A stretch of 64,000 bases of DNA from Fibrobacteria bacterium (lineage in GTDB: Bacteria > Fibrobacterota > Fibrobacteria > UBA11236 > JADFYW01), in assembly GCA_050294405.1 (NCBI GenBank), contig JBNKOC010000016.1, positions 160,001-224,000 of the forward strand. The letters are read 5' to 3'. Position 1 is the first letter of the stretch. Each line of letters opens with the position of its first letter. Shown here piece after piece: positions 27,115-36,262 of the stretch. Both the position numbers and the translations under genes were made by a program. The notes beneath the pieces were generated by a model. That model was not told where the DNA came from, did not search any database, and saw only the letters and a list, made by a program, of their open reading frames with translations.

Positions 27115-27231
27115 AAACTGCCGATTAAATACAAATTAAGATTTTGGTTAAAAAAACCGCTACAAAGTCCATACATTCTGTTGACCGGGCCCTTTTTTAT
27201 AATAAATTAAAAGGGGGTTTGAGGGGATGCC

Positions 27232-28830
27232 ATGGTTATTTATTTTAGTACTTCTTTTCGCAAATTAGCCAAATTAGCTTATCTTCCTCTTTTTTCAATC
27301 GCCTTGCTCCAGGCTGAAGAAATGGAGATTAAAGAGTTTTCCATTATTGACGAAACTTTTTCCGCCCTTCACATTAATTTTGATTTTGAAGAAACAGAAA
27401 ATCACTTGTTGGCTGCCTACTATGACAAAGACCGGGTCATGTCCGTTGCTATGCGGGAAAAGGCCGGTGGAAATTGGGAAATTAAAAAGCTTCCTTCCAC
27501 GGTGGGATGGGATTCCCATAACTATGTAGACTTGGCAGTGGATAAAGATGGTTTTATCCATGTGAGCGGGAATATGCACAACGTTTCCCTGATTTATTTT
27601 CGCAGCCGAAACTCTATGGATATATCCGACTTTGAAACTCCCGGCATGGTGGGTAACCGGGAAAACAGCGTTACCTATCCCATATTTATAAAAATGCCGG
27701 ACTCCTCTCTTATATTCCAATACAGGGATGGGGGCAGCGGAAATGGGAGCACCATTTGGAATAAATACGATACTGGGCAAAAAAGATGGACCAGGTTAAC
27801 TGAGTCTGGTTTTTTTGATGGGTTAGGCCAGGTTAATGCTTATCACAGTGCGCCCCTGTTGGGTCCAGATGACTTTTTTCACCTTGCCTGGATGTGGCGG
27901 GAAACGCCTGTGGCCAATACCAACTTTAATTTGTCCTACATTCGAAGCCCGGATCTTTTGAACTGGGAGGCAGCCAATGGAACTGCTGTTAACATTCCCA
28001 TAAATCCCAATGTATCCGTAGTGGTGGCCGATGGAGTCGGACCCGGTAACGGCCTTATTAACATGTCTTTTGGAGTTGGGTTTGATGGGGAAAATAGGCC
28101 TATTTTGTACTATCACAAATACGATGGAAATGGAGTCAGCCAGCTCTATAATACCCGTTATGAAAACGGCAACTGGAGCATACATCAAAGTTCCAGCTGG
28201 AATAGCTATAAATGGGACTTGGACCGACAAGGTTCACTGGCTTTGGATGTTGGGGCTGAACAACCCTATCTGGATGAAGATGGAAACCTGTTGCAAAATT
28301 ATTTTCACAGACAATTTGGAGAAGGCCTTTGGAAACTCAATCCCGAAACTTTAAAGGGAGAAAATTGGGAACCCCCTGCTTCTGAATTATTGGACTCTCT
28401 TAAAGAAATTCAGTCTTCATTCCCCAATATGGAACTGCATTGGCACAAGCATGGAAACTATTACATGCGCTGGGAAACATTGCCTATAAATCAAGACCAA
28501 GCATATAATCCACCTTACCCGGAGCCCAGCCCAATTGTATTGTATGAATTTGGAGCAGTTTCTGTTTCCAATAAAAAGAAAACCGCTGAATTAAATAACT
28601 GGGAAGTTAACTGCGCAGAGAATGGCCTCTTTGCTAAAAGTCCTTTTTCAAGCGAAAGTTTGGAATTGCAACTACGGGATATAGGTGGAAAAGTTTTACA
28701 CTCTCAGAATATTTCTAATGGCAGTTGGGTGCAAATTCCCAAGGGAAAATTGCTAGCGGGCATAAATTTTATTCAAATTTCAGATAGGAAAAACAACAGC
28801 AGCATTACTTTGAAATGGCCAGGGATATAA
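27232..28830 (+). CDS. secreted BNR-4 repeat beta-propeller with T9SS-like C-terminal domain
   Basis: Signal peptide; GWDSHNY, IHVSGNMH, VTYPIF, YRDGGSGNG, HLAWMWRET, LSYIRSPD..NW; C-terminal LRDIGGKV...LLAGINFIQI. Confidence 0.75.
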   Translation: MVIYFSTSFRKLAKLAYLPLFSIALLQAEEMEIKEFSIIDETFSALHINFDFEETENHLLAAYYDKDRVMSVAMREKAGGNWEIKKLPSTVGWDSHNYVDLAVDKDGFIHVSGNMHNVSLIYFRSRNSMDISDFETPGMVGNRENSVTYPIFIKMPDSSLIFQYRDGGSGNGSTIWNKYDTGQKRWTRLTESGFFDGLGQVNAYHSAPLLGPDDFFHLAWMWRETPVANTNFNLSYIRSPDLLNWEAANGTAVNIPINPNVSVVVADGVGPGNGLINMSFGVGFDGENRPILYYHKYDGNGVSQLYNTRYENGNWSIHQSSSWNSYKWDLDRQGSLALDVGAEQPYLDEDGNLLQNYFHRQFGEGLWKLNPETLKGENWEPPASELLDSLKEIQSSFPNMELHWHKHGNYYMRWETLPINQDQAYNPPYPEPSPIVLYEFGAVSVSNKKKTAELNNWEVNCAENGLFAKSPFSSESLELQLRDIGGKVLHSQNISNGSWVQIPKGKLLAGINFIQISDRKNNSSITLKWPGI

Positions 28831-28873
28831 TTTTTTTTACCTTGATGGTTTTGAAAACTTAAGGGAGGAAAAA

Positions 28874-29341
28874 ATGAATCGCATCCAGTCAATTAAAATT
28901 CTTATGCTAGCTTTTATGGCACTTGGATTTGTGCTGCCTCAACAATTAGCTGCCCACTGCCAAATACCCTGTGGAATTTATGATGACCATGCCAGAGTGC
29001 AATCCATGTTGGAAGATGCAGCTACTGTTTCCAAAGCCTATGCCACACTTGCAGAGTTAAAAGGCAAAACAGACCTTCAATCTCAGAACCAATTGGTTCG
29101 TTGGGTCCAAAACAAGGAAATCCATGCTCAAAAAATCATTTCCACCATATCCGATTATTTCCTTACCCAAAGGGTAAAAACAGATATGAAAGATTATGGA
29201 GAAAGATTGGCTAAGCATCATGCTGTTATTTTAGCGGCCATGAAGGCCAAGCAAAATAGCGAAGCCAAATACGGAAAAGCCCTGGAAGATGCCATAAAGG
29301 CCATTTCTGGTTATTATCCGCCTCATGAACACAAAAAATAA
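28874..29341 (+). CDS. sodN: nickel superoxide dismutase precursor with Sec-type signal peptide
   Basis: Ni-hook HCQIPCGIYD directly after LAA; VRWVQNKEIHAQ, YFLTQR, AMKAKQ; RBS GGGAGG. Confidence 0.92.
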   Translation: MNRIQSIKILMLAFMALGFVLPQQLAAHCQIPCGIYDDHARVQSMLEDAATVSKAYATLAELKGKTDLQSQNQLVRWVQNKEIHAQKIISTISDYFLTQRVKTDMKDYGERLAKHHAVILAAMKAKQNSEAKYGKALEDAIKAISGYYPPHEHKK

Positions 29342-29349
29342 AGTTCTAT

Positions 29350-29380
29350 GCTAAAAGAAGGGTTCATCTCTTCTTTTAGC
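29350..29380 (+). terminator. intrinsic terminator after sodN
   Basis: GCTAAAAGAAG-N9-CTTCTTTTAGC 11-bp stem followed by CATTTTT. Confidence 0.7.
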
Positions 29381-29452
29381 CATTTTTAGCGAACAGTTTA
29401 GGTCAATATTTCCACCAATTATGTGGGAGTTTTGCCGCTTCCCTCAGCCATT

Positions 29453-30109
29453 ATGAAAAACAAAGTACAATACTTATTTCCCGTGGTTTTAGGCCTTCTG
29501 ACTCTGAATACGGGCTGCATTAAGGATTCTCCCACAGATTCCAATTCCCAAAACGGCACTAAAAATTATTCATACCATATTGATGATTTTGAAGACGGTG
29601 ACCGGTTCAACAGCTATAACGGTTATTGGTTCACCTATAACGATAAGGAATTAGGGGGGAGTTCCCAGGTAATCCCCATAAATTTTCAGCCTTCCAACGG
29701 TTCTGCCGAGGGGGGCGAAAAATGCGCCCGCATTACAGGCCAGGTCACTACAACCTATTCCAAAGGCTACGTTGGATTGGGAACCCATTTGTCCCAAACA
29801 GAATCTGCTGTGAATTTGGCTGCCTACCAACATATTGGCTTTTGGGCTAAGGGCGATGGCAAAAATTATCGGTTTAAAATAAAATCTTCTGCCACCCCGG
29901 ATCAGGATGATTTCGGATACAGTTTTGTAAGCTCTTCAAACTGGACCTATTATCAAATTTCTTTTTCCGAATTGAGCCAGGAAGGCTGGGGGGACAAAGT
30001 TGAATTAAACACGGCTTTAAAAGCTGTTCTTAGTTTGAATTGGCAAAGTTTAGGACAACCCCATAGCAACATCGAGTTGTCCATTGATAATATAGGCCTT
30101 ATTAAATAA
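29453..30109 (+). CDS. CIA30/CBM11-like carbohydrate-binding lipoprotein
   Basis: Lipobox-like NTGC; IDDFEDGD, GYWFTYND..GGSS, IGFWAKGDGK, WTYYQISFSELSQEGWG, LSIDNI. Stop directly abuts the next ATG. Confidence 0.8.
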   Translation: MKNKVQYLFPVVLGLLTLNTGCIKDSPTDSNSQNGTKNYSYHIDDFEDGDRFNSYNGYWFTYNDKELGGSSQVIPINFQPSNGSAEGGEKCARITGQVTTTYSKGYVGLGTHLSQTESAVNLAAYQHIGFWAKGDGKNYRFKIKSSATPDQDDFGYSFVSSSNWTYYQISFSELSQEGWGDKVELNTALKAVLSLNWQSLGQPHSNIELSIDNIGLIK

Positions 30110-33100
30110 ATGGCTCGCCAAATTGTAATTGTTGCAGCCCTGATTTTTGCCCTATGCCCCTTTGTTGTTTTTTCTAAGGAAAAGCCCAAAGATAAAATCG
30201 CTCAACTGGATAGCCTTCAGAGTTTATGGAGCTTTTACAAATTCAATTACATTGAATCCGGAAAAGTTATTAGCCGCGATGAGAAAGGAATAACTACCTC
30301 GGAAGGTCAGAGTTATGCCATGCTAAGAGCTGTGTGGGCTGATGATAGGGATGTATTTGATAGTGTATGGGTCTGGACTAAAACGAATTTAAAACGGCAG
30401 GAAGATCACTTATTCGCCTGGAAATATAAAGGTAAAATATTAGACCCAAATTCCGCTTCGGATGCGGACGTAGATATAGCTCTTGCCCTGGTTTTGGCTG
30501 CCAGAAAATTTGATGACGCTAAATATTTAGAGGATGCAAGGCCCTTATTAAAAGATATATGGGAAAAGGAAGTTATTCCCGTAGGGGATAATTTTATTTT
30601 GGTCGGAGGAAACTGGGCGAAGGATGAAAAATTCCCCACTATACATACCGGCTACCTTGCTCCCTATGCCTACCAGGAGTTTTCAAAGGTGGATGGTTCC
30701 AGGCCCTGGGAAAAATTGGTAGACGGAAGTTATATGTTATGGAACTGGATTTTTGAAAGCGAAAAATTATCCGTTCCACCCATAAAAGTTTATTTAAATG
30801 TGGACTCCGGGAGCTTCCAGCTAAAGCCTCCAGATATTGTTAAAAAGAATTTTTGGGGCCGCAGCAAAGTTATTTCTAAAAAACCCCATAATTTTGGCTA
30901 TGATGCTTATCCCATGTATTGGAGAGCGGCTGTGGATGCCAAGTGGAATCATAGAGACCAGGCTCCTCTGCGAAAAAAAATGTTGGCTTTTTTCAAGGAA
31001 GAGTGGAAGAGCCGCAAACGCATATTGGACAACTACAATTTAGAAGGAAAGGCTTTATCTAAATTAGAGGGGCTTCCCCTTTATGCAACGCTTCACAGTT
31101 TAGCTTTAATAGAAGACGTTGAATTTGCCAGGGATTTGGAGACATATGTATTAGATAGTTTATTTCAAAAAGCATTAATTGGCCAGCAAACTCCATATTA
31201 CCTTCACAATTGGATTTGGTTTTCCAAAGCTTTTGAATTACAAAAAGTTAGGCATTTTAATGAGTTTCTCGCCTTTTTGTACCCCTTTGATGTAAAGGGC
31301 TTTTTAAACCATTTTCCTGTATTTCTTTTTTGGTTATCTTTTATTTTATTTTTCCTCCAAAAATACGTTTCCTTTCCCTATGCCCGCTACTTCCATATGG
31401 CCTTTTTGGTTTGCGCTTTTTTGGTATGTTTGCGGTATATGCTTTGGAGGTTGTTTTCCAGTTTAAACTTTATAGAAACATTTGGCCCTCTAATTAGTAT
31501 TGGGTTATGGATAGCTGAGTTTTATTGTTTTACCACGGTAATATTTTTGTTAGTGCAAGTGGGGTTTAAAAATAATTTTAGACGACAAAAACCAAAGACT
31601 CAAAATTATTTTCCTTCTGTGGATATTTTTATCCCCATTTACTCGGAGCCCCTGGATATTCTGGAAAAGACAGTGGTGGCAGCCCTAAACATGGATTATC
31701 CCAATAAAACAGTTTATGTATGTGATGACAGCCATAAGGATGAAGTACGGGAGCTTACGCAAAAATTGGGAGCTGTGTATATTAAGGGACCTAAAAAACA
31801 TGCCAAAGCGGGTAACCTTAATAACGCCATGACTAAAAGTCAGGGAGAGCTTATTGTGGTGTTTGATACGGACCATATTCCCTTAAATAATTTTTTAAAA
31901 GAAACCGTAGCTCATTTTTCAAATGAAAAATTAGGGATTCTGCAAACTCCTCACCATTTTTTTAACCAGGATATTTTTCAACGTTGCTTAAAACTGCCGG
32001 AAATGGTTCCCAACGAAGCGGACCAATTTAACCATGGAGTTCAATCTGCCAGAGATGCCTGGGGGGGGAGTTTTTTTGTGGGCAGTGGAGCGGTGTTTCG
32101 AAGAAAGGCCATGGAAGAAATCGGAGGCTTTAAATTAATGAGCATCACTGAGGATATACATACCAGCATGTATATCCATTCCAAAGGTTGGGAATCAGCT
32201 TTTGTGAATAAAGATTTGGCCGTGGGGCTGACCGCCGAAAATTTATCTTCCTATATCATTCAGCGCCAGAGATGGATGCAAGGTTGTTTGCAAATCTTTT
32301 TTAAAGACAACCCTCTTTTTAAAAAGGGGTTAAACTGGCGGTTAAGATTGGGATATTTTGGCTCCCTTTATTATTTCTTTTTTCCCTTACCAAAAATTGT
32401 TTTCTGGGCGACACCGTTGTTCTACCTGTTTTTCCATTGGCATCCCATATTTTCCGAGGTTTCCGTTTTACTGGGATACTTAGTGCCCTATATGTTAATA
32501 CTTCCATTAATTACAGCATCGTTAATACCCCGATGGCCCCGGGCCTTATTTGGTAGCCTTTATGAAAATATCATATTTATCCCCTTGTTTTTATCTTTGT
32601 TTGAGATGCTGCTGCCCAAGTCTTTGGGATTTAAGGTTACCCCCAAGGGAATTCGAAGTGAAAAACGAAAATTTGATTGGGCTAGCAGTAAATGGACTTT
32701 AATTGCCATTGGGATTTCTTTATTTGGAATTGCAAAGGGGCTGTTTGAGTTTTATTACTTTGATATTGAAAAAGACGCTTACTTCTTTAACATAAGCTGG
32801 GCTTTATACAACTTATTATTCCTGGCCGCTTCTGTTATTATTGCCTGGGAAAGGCCTCAAAAAAGAGATGAAGAAAGAATTAAATTTTCCCTTCCCCTTA
32901 AACTAAAAGATTCTGAGGGAAACGAAATTCAGGGAACACTTGTGGATATTAGCCTAAGCGGCGCTAATATTAAAATACCCAAGTCGGAAGTCAGCCCAAA
33001 GGATGTGACCTTGATTTTTCCCGATAATTGGGACTTAAAAATTAAGGCTCAAAAAATTCACACTAGCACAAATGGCATATGGGTAAAAAAAGAGGGTTTT

Positions 33101-33283
33101 CGCTTTTCAGATTTGGAAGCTCAACAAAGACATAAGCTTTTATTGAATAGCTTTGCGAATCCAGAATGTTGGGATGACATACATAAAAAACATACCCAAA
33201 ACAATTTGGTTTTGGCAGCCTGCTTTTTTATCGGATTGGTAAAAGGATTTTTCCCAGATAAAAAATCTATTGAAGTAAAATAA
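30110..33283 (+). CDS. bcsA: GH8 endoglucanase (BcsZ-like) fused to cellulose synthase catalytic subunit (GT2 + PilZ)
   Basis: Signal peptide; GH8 motifs TTSEGQSYAML, LFAWKY, NSASDAD, GYDA; TM helices; GT2 motifs DD, HAKAGNLN, FDTDH, QTPH, FFVGS, TED, QRQRW, FKVTPK; PilZ motifs RDEER and DISLSG. Confidence 0.92.
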   Translation: MARQIVIVAALIFALCPFVVFSKEKPKDKIAQLDSLQSLWSFYKFNYIESGKVISRDEKGITTSEGQSYAMLRAVWADDRDVFDSVWVWTKTNLKRQEDHLFAWKYKGKILDPNSASDADVDIALALVLAARKFDDAKYLEDARPLLKDIWEKEVIPVGDNFILVGGNWAKDEKFPTIHTGYLAPYAYQEFSKVDGSRPWEKLVDGSYMLWNWIFESEKLSVPPIKVYLNVDSGSFQLKPPDIVKKNFWGRSKVISKKPHNFGYDAYPMYWRAAVDAKWNHRDQAPLRKKMLAFFKEEWKSRKRILDNYNLEGKALSKLEGLPLYATLHSLALIEDVEFARDLETYVLDSLFQKALIGQQTPYYLHNWIWFSKAFELQKVRHFNEFLAFLYPFDVKGFLNHFPVFLFWLSFILFFLQKYVSFPYARYFHMAFLVCAFLVCLRYMLWRLFSSLNFIETFGPLISIGLWIAEFYCFTTVIFLLVQVGFKNNFRRQKPKTQNYFPSVDIFIPIYSEPLDILEKTVVAALNMDYPNKTVYVCDDSHKDEVRELTQKLGAVYIKGPKKHAKAGNLNNAMTKSQGELIVVFDTDHIPLNNFLKETVAHFSNEKLGILQTPHHFFNQDIFQRCLKLPEMVPNEADQFNHGVQSARDAWGGSFFVGSGAVFRRKAMEEIGGFKLMSITEDIHTSMYIHSKGWESAFVNKDLAVGLTAENLSSYIIQRQRWMQGCLQIFFKDNPLFKKGLNWRLRLGYFGSLYYFFFPLPKIVFWATPLFYLFFHWHPIFSEVSVLLGYLVPYMLILPLITASLIPRWPRALFGSLYENIIFIPLFLSLFEMLLPKSLGFKVTPKGIRSEKRKFDWASSKWTLIAIGISLFGIAKGLFEFYYFDIEKDAYFFNISWALYNLLFLAASVIIAWERPQKRDEERIKFSLPLKLKDSEGNEIQGTLVDISLSGANIKIPKSEVSPKDVTLIFPDNWDLKIKAQKIHTSTNGIWVKKEGFRFSDLEAQQRHKLLLNSFANPECWDDIHKKHTQNNLVLAACFFIGLVKGFFPDKKSIEVK

Positions 33284-33284
33284 A

Positions 33285-35294
33285 ATGGCAAATGGTTTTT
33301 TATTTTCACGGCTGCTAATATTTTTATTGGTTCTTTCCAGTTTTTTAGAAGCGGCAGGGATTAAGGAATCCTGGTATTTAATGCGCGGCAAGAGCAATAT
33401 GAAAATAGGCAATTACAAAGCCGCTATTGAAGCTTATGAAAAAGCCGTTGAAATTAACCCAAAAAACAAGGAAGCCCAATTGAGCCTGGGCTTGGCTTAT
33501 GAGAAACAAGGTCTTATGGATAAGGCGGTTTCTCAATACGAACAGCTTTTGAAAATATTTAAAAAGGAGTACCAAACTGCATTTAAGCTGGGGGATGTTT
33601 TGCAGTGGAAACGCTATCAATATCGGAAAAAAGACGCCATAAAATATTATGAATGGGGACTTAAATACAAAAATGATTTAGGCTATCGATATAAATTAGC
33701 AAGGCTTTATTCGGCAAGTGATGAGAGCTTGACTGAGGCTATAAAGCACTACCAAATTATCTTAAAGGAAGATGGAAAAAATGCAAAACTATGGAAAGAA
33801 TACGCCATGTTATGGACCCGCCGTCCCGGAGACTATAAGCAGGCCATTAAAGCGTTTGAACAGGCGCTGGCGTTTTATCCCAATGATCATAATTTGCGGT
33901 ATGAATACGCCAATGCCCTTTCCCGCGATAGAGGAGAATATGAAAAGGCAAAGAAGGAATACCAAAAACTTTTAAGCCAAAGGCGCAGTTTAAAAGTATT
34001 AAAAGCCTATGGGAATCATTTGGCAAAGAAAAATTCCAATCGGGAAAAAGCTTTAGATGTATATGAAGAAATTTTAAATAAAGACCCGGGGGATACTAAC
34101 AGCCGTATAAAGTATGCTAATTTATTGGGCTCTCAAAAGAAAAATTCCAAAAAAGCCATAGCTGAATACAAAAAGGTTTTGCGCTCCGAACCCAGTAATG
34201 CCAAGGCGCATGCGGGGTTAGCCAGGATGTATGCATGGAACGAAGAACCTAAAAAGGCGAGGCAACACGCTTCTTTAGCCGCCAAGTATAACCCGGGAAG
34301 TTCAGAAATAAAAGAGTTGAAATCAGATTTGAATAAAGGCAGGGAACCTGAGGCTTACGGGAAACTGGAAAGCATATACCAACCTGGCGAGGGTTACGGC
34401 TTATTTGCAAACAGGTTTACTGGTAATATTCAGGTAGAGATAAATACAGAACTTTTATTATCTGCTCATGTAGGCGGAGAACAATTTGCTAATTCCAAGG
34501 ATGGCGAAGGTGGGATGTTATTGGGCCTGGAAGGACGGTATTTTGAAGATAAGGATACTGAAATAACCGGGTCAATAAATTTTCATAGCGCGCCAAAACT
34601 GGGAGATGGTTTGGAGTTTAAGTTTTCTTATTTAAAGCTTATGGGAAAGGGGAGTTGGGGGGCGGAAATTTCAAGGAATATTGTTTACGAATCTTATCTC
34701 TCCATAATAGGCGATACTACTTATTCTGCTCCCGGACAAGCGGCCCAAAGAGGAGGGGCGAGGGCTCAGTTCATTCGGGGCAACTTTTATTACCCTTTAA
34801 AAATAATTCAATTTGGTGGGCAATCCTCTTTAGGCTGGGTAAGCTCTATTGAACGGCCCAGTAACTTTACCGTAAATACATCTTTTTTCGGTCGGGCTCC
34901 CAAATTGCTGCAAAACAATAGTTTTGATGGAGGGCTGGGATATGAATTTTATTTTAGTCATTTTGCCACGGACAATTCGGGGCTTTCTGAAAATTTCCAG
35001 GAGCCTTATGGCGGAGGTTATTTTAGCCCTCAAGTGTTTTTGAGCCATGCCATTCCCATACTTATATCAGCGGATATATTTAATGGAAGATGCAATCTGG
35101 AAGTTGGACCAGTTTTTCAATTTGTGAATGACGCTTCTACAATTGGGGAATACGGCATAGGGCTTATGCTAAAATCAGATTATAAAAAAAGCTTTGCCAG
35201 GGATTATTTTGTAAGAGCAGGTGGGCAATTTAATCAAATTGCCACTGCTTATTCCCGCTTTTCCCTGTCAGTAGATGTTGGGAAAACTTTTTAG
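33285..35294 (+). CDS. bcsC: TPR + outer-membrane beta-barrel export protein, BcsC-like
   Basis: Signal peptide, ~330 aa of TPR repeats, then a barrel with the BcsC-type GGYFSPQ motif and terminal Phe; starts 1 nt after the synthase stop. Confidence 0.75.
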   Translation: MANGFLFSRLLIFLLVLSSFLEAAGIKESWYLMRGKSNMKIGNYKAAIEAYEKAVEINPKNKEAQLSLGLAYEKQGLMDKAVSQYEQLLKIFKKEYQTAFKLGDVLQWKRYQYRKKDAIKYYEWGLKYKNDLGYRYKLARLYSASDESLTEAIKHYQIILKEDGKNAKLWKEYAMLWTRRPGDYKQAIKAFEQALAFYPNDHNLRYEYANALSRDRGEYEKAKKEYQKLLSQRRSLKVLKAYGNHLAKKNSNREKALDVYEEILNKDPGDTNSRIKYANLLGSQKKNSKKAIAEYKKVLRSEPSNAKAHAGLARMYAWNEEPKKARQHASLAAKYNPGSSEIKELKSDLNKGREPEAYGKLESIYQPGEGYGLFANRFTGNIQVEINTELLLSAHVGGEQFANSKDGEGGMLLGLEGRYFEDKDTEITGSINFHSAPKLGDGLEFKFSYLKLMGKGSWGAEISRNIVYESYLSIIGDTTYSAPGQAAQRGGARAQFIRGNFYYPLKIIQFGGQSSLGWVSSIERPSNFTVNTSFFGRAPKLLQNNSFDGGLGYEFYFSHFATDNSGLSENFQEPYGGGYFSPQVFLSHAIPILISADIFNGRCNLEVGPVFQFVNDASTIGEYGIGLMLKSDYKKSFARDYFVRAGGQFNQIATAYSRFSLSVDVGKTF

Positions 35295-35788
35295 GCGGGA
35301 GTGGAGGAAGGGCTGCTTTTTTCTCCTTCATCGGGTTTTCGCATATTTGCCCCAAATAAATAACCGATTATAGCGCCTAAAACACCTATAGCAGCCGTTA
35401 AAGCCTCTGTGCTGGGGCTTGCAATTACAATAAACATAGTGGCCTGAATTACAAGTATTAAGCCTGTGGCATTTACCACATTGTGGGCCGAACTACCGGT
35501 AACCATTTTCAAAAAGCCCAGGCAAATAATAAGCAGAACCGGAGTGGCTACGAAAATACCTTTGATAAGTTGGATACGATAGTGGGCAGGGGACATATAG
35601 GGGTCGCCAACATCTTCATAAACCTCAGCAGCAGCCTCCTCTGCATACTCGTCTGCGTTTTCAGGAGCTGGGACGTACTCTTCAATATGTTGATCTATTT
35701 CTTCAAGCAGGCCCTCAATTACATCCTGGGAATAGGAAAGGCTGGCCATTAAAAAAAACAAGCTGAAGCTGAGTATTAGTTTTAACAT
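35291..35788 (-). CDS. hypothetical membrane protein (acidic N-region, three TM helices)
   Basis: Signal peptide, acidic stretch, three hydrophobic segments ending LGAIIGYLFG. Confidence 0.65.
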   Translation of the reverse strand: MLKLILSFSLFFLMASLSYSQDVIEGLLEEIDQHIEEYVPAPENADEYAEEAAAEVYEDVGDPYMSPAHYRIQLIKGIFVATPVLLIICLGFLKMVTGSSAHNVVNATGLILVIQATMFIVIASPSTEALTAAIGVLGAIIGYLFGANMRKPDEGEKSSPSSTPA

Positions 35789-35790
35789 GA

Positions 35791-36132
35791 TTATTCATCC
35801 TCCTTTCCACAATCCCGGCTACGGATAGAATCGGTTAATTCAAGAATTAGAACTTCGTAATAAGAAAGGGTTTCTTTGCTTTTGGTGGTATCCATTTTGT
35901 CCAGCATTTTTTGACGCAGCTTTGAACGGGCCTCACAACTGAGGGTATCTATGGTTTCCCGAAATTTTAATACATAACTTGGAGTTTTTGTTTCTTTGGG
36001 TTTAGAAACAGGCGCGGGGCTTTTTCTGGTTTTTCTTTCTCCGAAATCTATTAGCTCTGCGCTAAAGCTTTTCCCCAGACACATCAATATGAATCCAAAG
36101 AACATAATTTTTGAAAAATGAGATAAAGTCAT
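35791..36132 (-). CDS. small exported hypothetical protein
   Basis: Signal-like N-terminus, GAGG RBS, 2 nt from the next gene. Confidence 0.6.
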   Translation of the reverse strand: MTLSHFSKIMFFGFILMCLGKSFSAELIDFGERKTRKSPAPVSKPKETKTPSYVLKFRETIDTLSCEARSKLRQKMLDKMDTTKSKETLSYYEVLILELTDSIRSRDCGKEDE

Positions 36133-36262
36133 AAAAACCTCGTTAAAATTTCAGGTTCACTGCAATTTGATTGTTTACTCAATTTAATTTTTTTTTGGGA
36201 CTGTTGAGATTTTTTAGAAAGTATTACTTTTTTTATTTGGATTTAACTCACTAGAGGTGGTT

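Noticed and set aside
27181..27203. TTGACC...TATAAT sigma70-like promoter
   Set aside because: Spacer is only 11 nt.
35291..36132. Two small genes as accessory subunits of the glucan synthase system
   Set aside because: Opposite strand, convergent, and no resemblance to Bcs subunits; only synteny in other genomes could link them.
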